Part shown: positions 60,884 to 64,000 of the stretch, piece after piece
How positions within the stretch are numbered: the stretch's first letter is position 1
Layout: each line of letters starts with the position of its first letter
From: Verrucomicrobiota bacterium
Lineage (GTDB): Bacteria > Verrucomicrobiota > Verrucomicrobiia > Limisphaerales > JACPZS01
Direction: 5' to 3'
Assembly (NCBI GenBank): GCA_016195385.1
Contig: JACPZS010000068.1
Coordinates: 3,919-67,918, forward strand
Length of the DNA: 64,000 nt
Notes under the pieces: model-generated
Database searches by the model: none
Seen by the model: the letters and a program-made list of their open reading frames with translations, nothing else
Told to the model about the DNA's origin: nothing
Translations under genes and position numbers: made by a program

Positions 60884-60944
60884 CCACGAAGACACCAAGG
60901 CACAAAGTTGCTGGAACTCCTTTCGTGTCTTGGTACCTTTGTGG
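60884..60944. other. Long imperfect stem-loop (~24-bp arms, 12-nt loop) between convergent genes
   Basis: CCACGAAGACACCAAGGCACAAAG-TTGCTGGAACTC-CTTTCGTGTCTTGGTACCTTTGTGG. About 21 of 24 positions pair (including G-T). No adjoining T-tract. Confidence 0.5.
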
Positions 60945-60965
60945 CCACAATCGGACGCCAATTCG

Positions 60966-61613
60966 TCAGACCAGGCGCGGCGCGGGCGCTTTGACGAAAC
61001 TGGTTTCGCGGAGGTAAATCGGTTCCAACGTTTCGCCCGCGACAAACTCGGTTTGCGACGCGGCCAGCTCCGCCAGTGCCGCCGCGCGTGGAATCAAAAC
61101 TCGTCCACTCGAAAACCAGCGCGTCGCGTCCGGCCCGGCAACCACTTCGCCGGCCTCAATGCGCGCTTGAATTTCCGGCCGCGTGGCCAGTCGTAGCGGA
61201 GCCAGTTCGCGTGCGTCCGAGTTGCTCACGCAAAATGTCGCGACGTAGAATTCACCGCGCTGTGCGTCGATGACTATGTTTACCGTGCCGTGAATGCCGG
61301 CGACTTTCGCTTGCGCCACGAGCGCAGCGCACGCGCCGAAGCCCAGGAGTTTCACGTCTCGCGCCAACTGCCAGCCTTGGGCGATGGCAATTGCGGCGCG
61401 GATTCCGGTGTACGAACCGGGGCCGAGACCCACAGCAATGGACTCGATTTCTTCGCGCTCGATTCGCGCCTGCTGCAACGCGGCGTCAATTAACGAGATC
61501 GCTTTGACGGAGCGGCCGCCGCTTTCAACCATTTCGCGAGTTTCACCATGCACGGTGTCGAGCACGGCCACGCTTCGCTCATCGCAAGAGAATTCAAGCG
61601 CCAAAATCTTCAT
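60966..61613 (-). CDS. tsaB: tRNA t6A37 biosynthesis protein TsaB (YeaZ)
   Basis: MKILALEFSCDERSVAVLD...GLGPGSYTGIRAAIAIAQG. Confidence 0.85.
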   Translation of the reverse strand: MKILALEFSCDERSVAVLDTVHGETREMVESGGRSVKAISLIDAALQQARIEREEIESIAVGLGPGSYTGIRAAIAIAQGWQLARDVKLLGFGACAALVAQAKVAGIHGTVNIVIDAQRGEFYVATFCVSNSDARELAPLRLATRPEIQARIEAGEVVAGPDATRWFSSGRVLIPRAAALAELAASQTEFVAGETLEPIYLRETSFVKAPAPRLV

Positions 61614-62049
61614 ACTGAATCCGCCGTTCTTGCTCGCTGGTGGTTTCGATCAGCACGCGGCGCAGCGGCGCGAGGGCATTGCGCGCCGCGCGTAACTCAT
61701 CCCCGCTCCAGCGCTCGAACCATTCGACGACTGCGACACCGTGCGGCTGGATCAAGTATTCCTCCAGCCCGGCCGCAATGATTTGCTCGCGCGAATCAAG
61801 CCGGTAAAGATCGAGGTGGAACAGCGGCAACCGTCCGCCCGTATATTCGTTCACGAGGGCAAACGTGGGCGAGTGAACGCGCGCCTTGATGCCCAGGCCG
61901 CGCGCGAAACCTTTGACGAGTTGCGTCTTGCCGGCGCCGAGGTCGCCGCTCAGGCCGATGACCCAGCCTGCTTTGATTTCGCGGCCCCATTGTTCGCCCA
62001 GATTGGCGGTGGCTTCAGGGCTGTTTGAAATGAATGTAACCTTCGGCAT
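61594..62049 (-). CDS. tsaE: tRNA t6A37 biosynthesis ATPase TsaE (YjeE)
   Basis: GLSGDLGAGKTQLVKGFARGLG P-loop. About 150 aa. Confidence 0.85.
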   Translation of the reverse strand: MPKVTFISNSPEATANLGEQWGREIKAGWVIGLSGDLGAGKTQLVKGFARGLGIKARVHSPTFALVNEYTGGRLPLFHLDLYRLDSREQIIAAGLEEYLIQPHGVAVVEWFERWSGDELRAARNALAPLRRVLIETTSEQERRIQYEDFGA

Positions 62050-62998
62050 TCAAGGTTTTGACTCCGCGTGATTCGCGCAAGCGCAGTCCAGGCTCGGCGA
62101 GAATTTTGCCGATGCAACTGAGCCGCAATTCGGGGAATTTTTTTTTCCACGCGTCGAGCAACGCCACCGCGTCGCTGCTGGCGACGGTGAACAGGAGTTC
62201 AAAATCCTCGCCGTCCGTCAGCGCGGCGAGCAACGGCGGCTTGACGCTCGCCGGGGTGGTCTCGCCGGGCGCGCCCGGTTTGCGCGCCGAGCGGCTGATC
62301 GGGATCGCGCGCGCGAGCAATTCCGCGCCGACATGGCTCGCGCGAAGGATGTGCCGCAGGTCGCCGGCCAACCCGTCGCTGATGTCCATCAATGCGTGAA
62401 TGGCGAAATGCTCGGCGAGCCAGCGCGCTTCACGCAGACGCGGCTCGAATTCAAGGTGCCGGCGGGCGAGCGAGCCACCGAGTTCACCGGTGACAAAAAT
62501 GGCGTCGCCTGACTTCGCGCCAGAACGGCGCGGGCATTTGGTTTTTTCAACGGTGCCAATCACGGAAACCGAGATGAGCAAACGATCCGGATTCGTCGTC
62601 GTTTCGCCGCCAACGATGGCGACGGCGTGACGTTCGGCGAGCGGTTTCATCCCGCGATAAATCGCCTTGATGAAACCGGGATCAAATTCGCGGGGAAGTC
62701 CGAGCGTGATGAGCGCGGCGACGGGTGTGCCGGCCATCGCGGCGATGTCGCTCAAACAACGCGCCAGCGCCTTGTGGCCGATTTTTTCCGGCGGCGTGCT
62801 AGTCGTGAAATGGACGCCTTCCACGACGGCATCGGTTTTGAAAAGCACCCACCGGTCGGGCAGGCCGAGTTCCAGCACGGCGCAATCGTCGCCCGCGCCC
62901 GCGATGACCTGGGCATTGGACGGCAGGTCGGCGGTTAGCGAACGAATCAAGGCAAACTCATCCATGACATCAACTAGGGAATGCCGGCGCTCGTTCAT
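62015..62998 (-). CDS. thiL: Thiamine-monophosphate kinase
   Basis: DEFALIRSL...GDDCAVL...VVEGVHF...SVSVIGTV; AIR-synthase-related fold. Confidence 0.85.
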   Translation of the reverse strand: MNERRHSLVDVMDEFALIRSLTADLPSNAQVIAGAGDDCAVLELGLPDRWVLFKTDAVVEGVHFTTSTPPEKIGHKALARCLSDIAAMAGTPVAALITLGLPREFDPGFIKAIYRGMKPLAERHAVAIVGGETTTNPDRLLISVSVIGTVEKTKCPRRSGAKSGDAIFVTGELGGSLARRHLEFEPRLREARWLAEHFAIHALMDISDGLAGDLRHILRASHVGAELLARAIPISRSARKPGAPGETTPASVKPPLLAALTDGEDFELLFTVASSDAVALLDAWKKKFPELRLSCIGKILAEPGLRLRESRGVKTLNAEGYIHFKQP

Positions 62999-63701
62999 GC
63001 AAAAGCCAAAAGAAATTGACCGCGTTGAACAAGCTGTGCGTCAGAATCGGGACCAGCAGCGTGCCGGTTTTTTCGTAGAGCCAGGTCAGCAACAGCGCGA
63101 GCATGACCAGCGACGCGAACACCTGCAGATTCTGGTGCATCGTGGCAAAGAAAATGGACGGTCCCCACCACGCAAAGCGCCGGAAGCCCCATTGCTTCAA
63201 CATCGGATAAGCCAGGCCGCGAAAGAGAAGTTCCTCGCCTACCGGCGCGACCACGATGGCGGCGCTGCCGAAAATAATTTTTTGTGGAATTGAAACGGTG
63301 GCTCTCAAAGTCTGCACGGGCAGTTGTTCCGCCGCCGCGACGTTAAGCCAGGAAAGAATTTGCGCCGACGCCTCCCCCAGCAGCCAGGCGAGCGGCAGGA
63401 CGACGGCCGTCGCCAGCGCCGCGAATCCGAGCACGTGCCAACCCGGCGACTGCGAGATGCCGAATGCCTCCGACCAGTTCGTGCGATTGATGCGCAAAAA
63501 CGCGGCCACAAAAAATAAATTGGCGCAGTGAAAAGCCAGCGTGGTGGCGGAAAATATCAGCGCGCCCGGTTTGATCGATCCGTCGGCGTGGCTGAATTTG
63601 AAAATCAGACTGGCCACGAGCATGACGAACAGATAGTTCGTCATGATGGTGAGCATCAGGAGCATTGCTGACTCCGTTCGCCAGTTTTTGTCGGACAACA
63701 T
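62970..63701 (-). CDS. CPBP-family intramembrane glutamic endopeptidase (CAAX protease-like)
   Basis: EELLFRG motif, FATMH and HSLFN motifs, multiple TM helices. Confidence 0.85.
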   Translation of the reverse strand: MLSDKNWRTESAMLLMLTIMTNYLFVMLVASLIFKFSHADGSIKPGALIFSATTLAFHCANLFFVAAFLRINRTNWSEAFGISQSPGWHVLGFAALATAVVLPLAWLLGEASAQILSWLNVAAAEQLPVQTLRATVSIPQKIIFGSAAIVVAPVGEELLFRGLAYPMLKQWGFRRFAWWGPSIFFATMHQNLQVFASLVMLALLLTWLYEKTGTLLVPILTHSLFNAVNFFWLLHERAPAFPS

Positions 63702-63801
63702 GATGAAAAGTTAATACAGCGCCCGTCAAGGTGACGATGGAAAAAGAAAACCTGACGGCGAAACCAGCGCATCTCCGTTTCTTTCAATCGATCCATCCGC
63801 T

Positions 63802-63944
63802 CTCATTAGCACCCAGCTTCAGCTGGGTGACTTGGGTCGCAAGCCAGGCGAACCGCTTGAGCGGTTTTGTGGCCGGGAAACCGCTCAAGCGGTTCCATTC
63901 CGTTTCGTACCAAGCCCACCCAGCTAAAGCTGGGTGCTAATGAG
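63802..63944. repeat. 143-bp hierarchical palindrome with the same build as the one at 37056-37270
   Basis: Outer arms 63802-63829 CTCATTAGCACCCAGCTTCAGCTGGGTG and 63917-63944 CACCCAGCTAAAGCTGGGTGCTAATGAG. Each is itself a hairpin, and they are reverse-complements of each other but for one loop base. Inner arms 63850-63867 GAACCGCTTGAGCGGTTT and 63878-63895 AAACCGCTCAAGCGGTTC. Dyad at about 63873. Confidence 0.75.
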
Positions 63945-64000
63945 AAGTCGGATTTCAACCTGCAAGAAACTGAGATGCGCCCCAGCGAAACCAGCGGAGC

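Noticed and set aside
63731-63940. 69-aa plus-strand ORF at the window end
   Set aside because: It lies entirely within the second nested palindrome, and its translation is dictated by the repeat symmetry.

Overview
This is a high-G+C chromosomal segment (roughly 60-65% G+C by eye) from what looks like a PVC-superphylum bacterium (Verrucomicrobia or Planctomycetes). The taxonomic cues are the DUF1501, DUF1552 and DUF1587/1592-family genes, a PEP-CTERM protein, and fragments of the GFTLIELLVVIAII prepilin N-terminal motif. I call about 55 CDS and one tRNA-Arg(TCT). Most of the content is housekeeping: clpB, dinB, fabD, xseA, tsaB/tsaE, thiL, folE2, a DHPS-like gene, pyk, flotillin/NfeD, peroxiredoxin, a GntP permease, an ABC exporter and a giant secreted S8 protease. 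There are also arsenic-related genes (arsM, and an aquaglyceroporin-arsC pair). I found no CRISPR array, integrase or intact IS element. The part worth a second look is non-coding and structural. (1) Two intergenic hierarchical palindromes, at 37056-37270 and 63802-63944, are each built from self-complementary sub-hairpins placed mirror-symmetrically about a centre, and their paired units differ by compensatory substitutions. (2) Two small cassette insertions (a low-G+C PEP-CTERM cassette and an ORF6N-domain gene flanked by three palindromic operator-like sites) each sit between an intact gene and a diverged duplicate of that gene's 3' end. Other scars are two truncated prepilin-motif fragments, a 5'-truncated pyk, a frameshifted neighbour, an IS3 orfA remnant and a truncated PIN gene. 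I also note a glycosylphosphotransferase with permuted domain order and a shared C-terminal FYRV-type tail on four secreted proteins. Coordinates I derived by hand (internal starts, hairpins) may be off by 1-2 nt; coordinates taken from the ORF track are exact.
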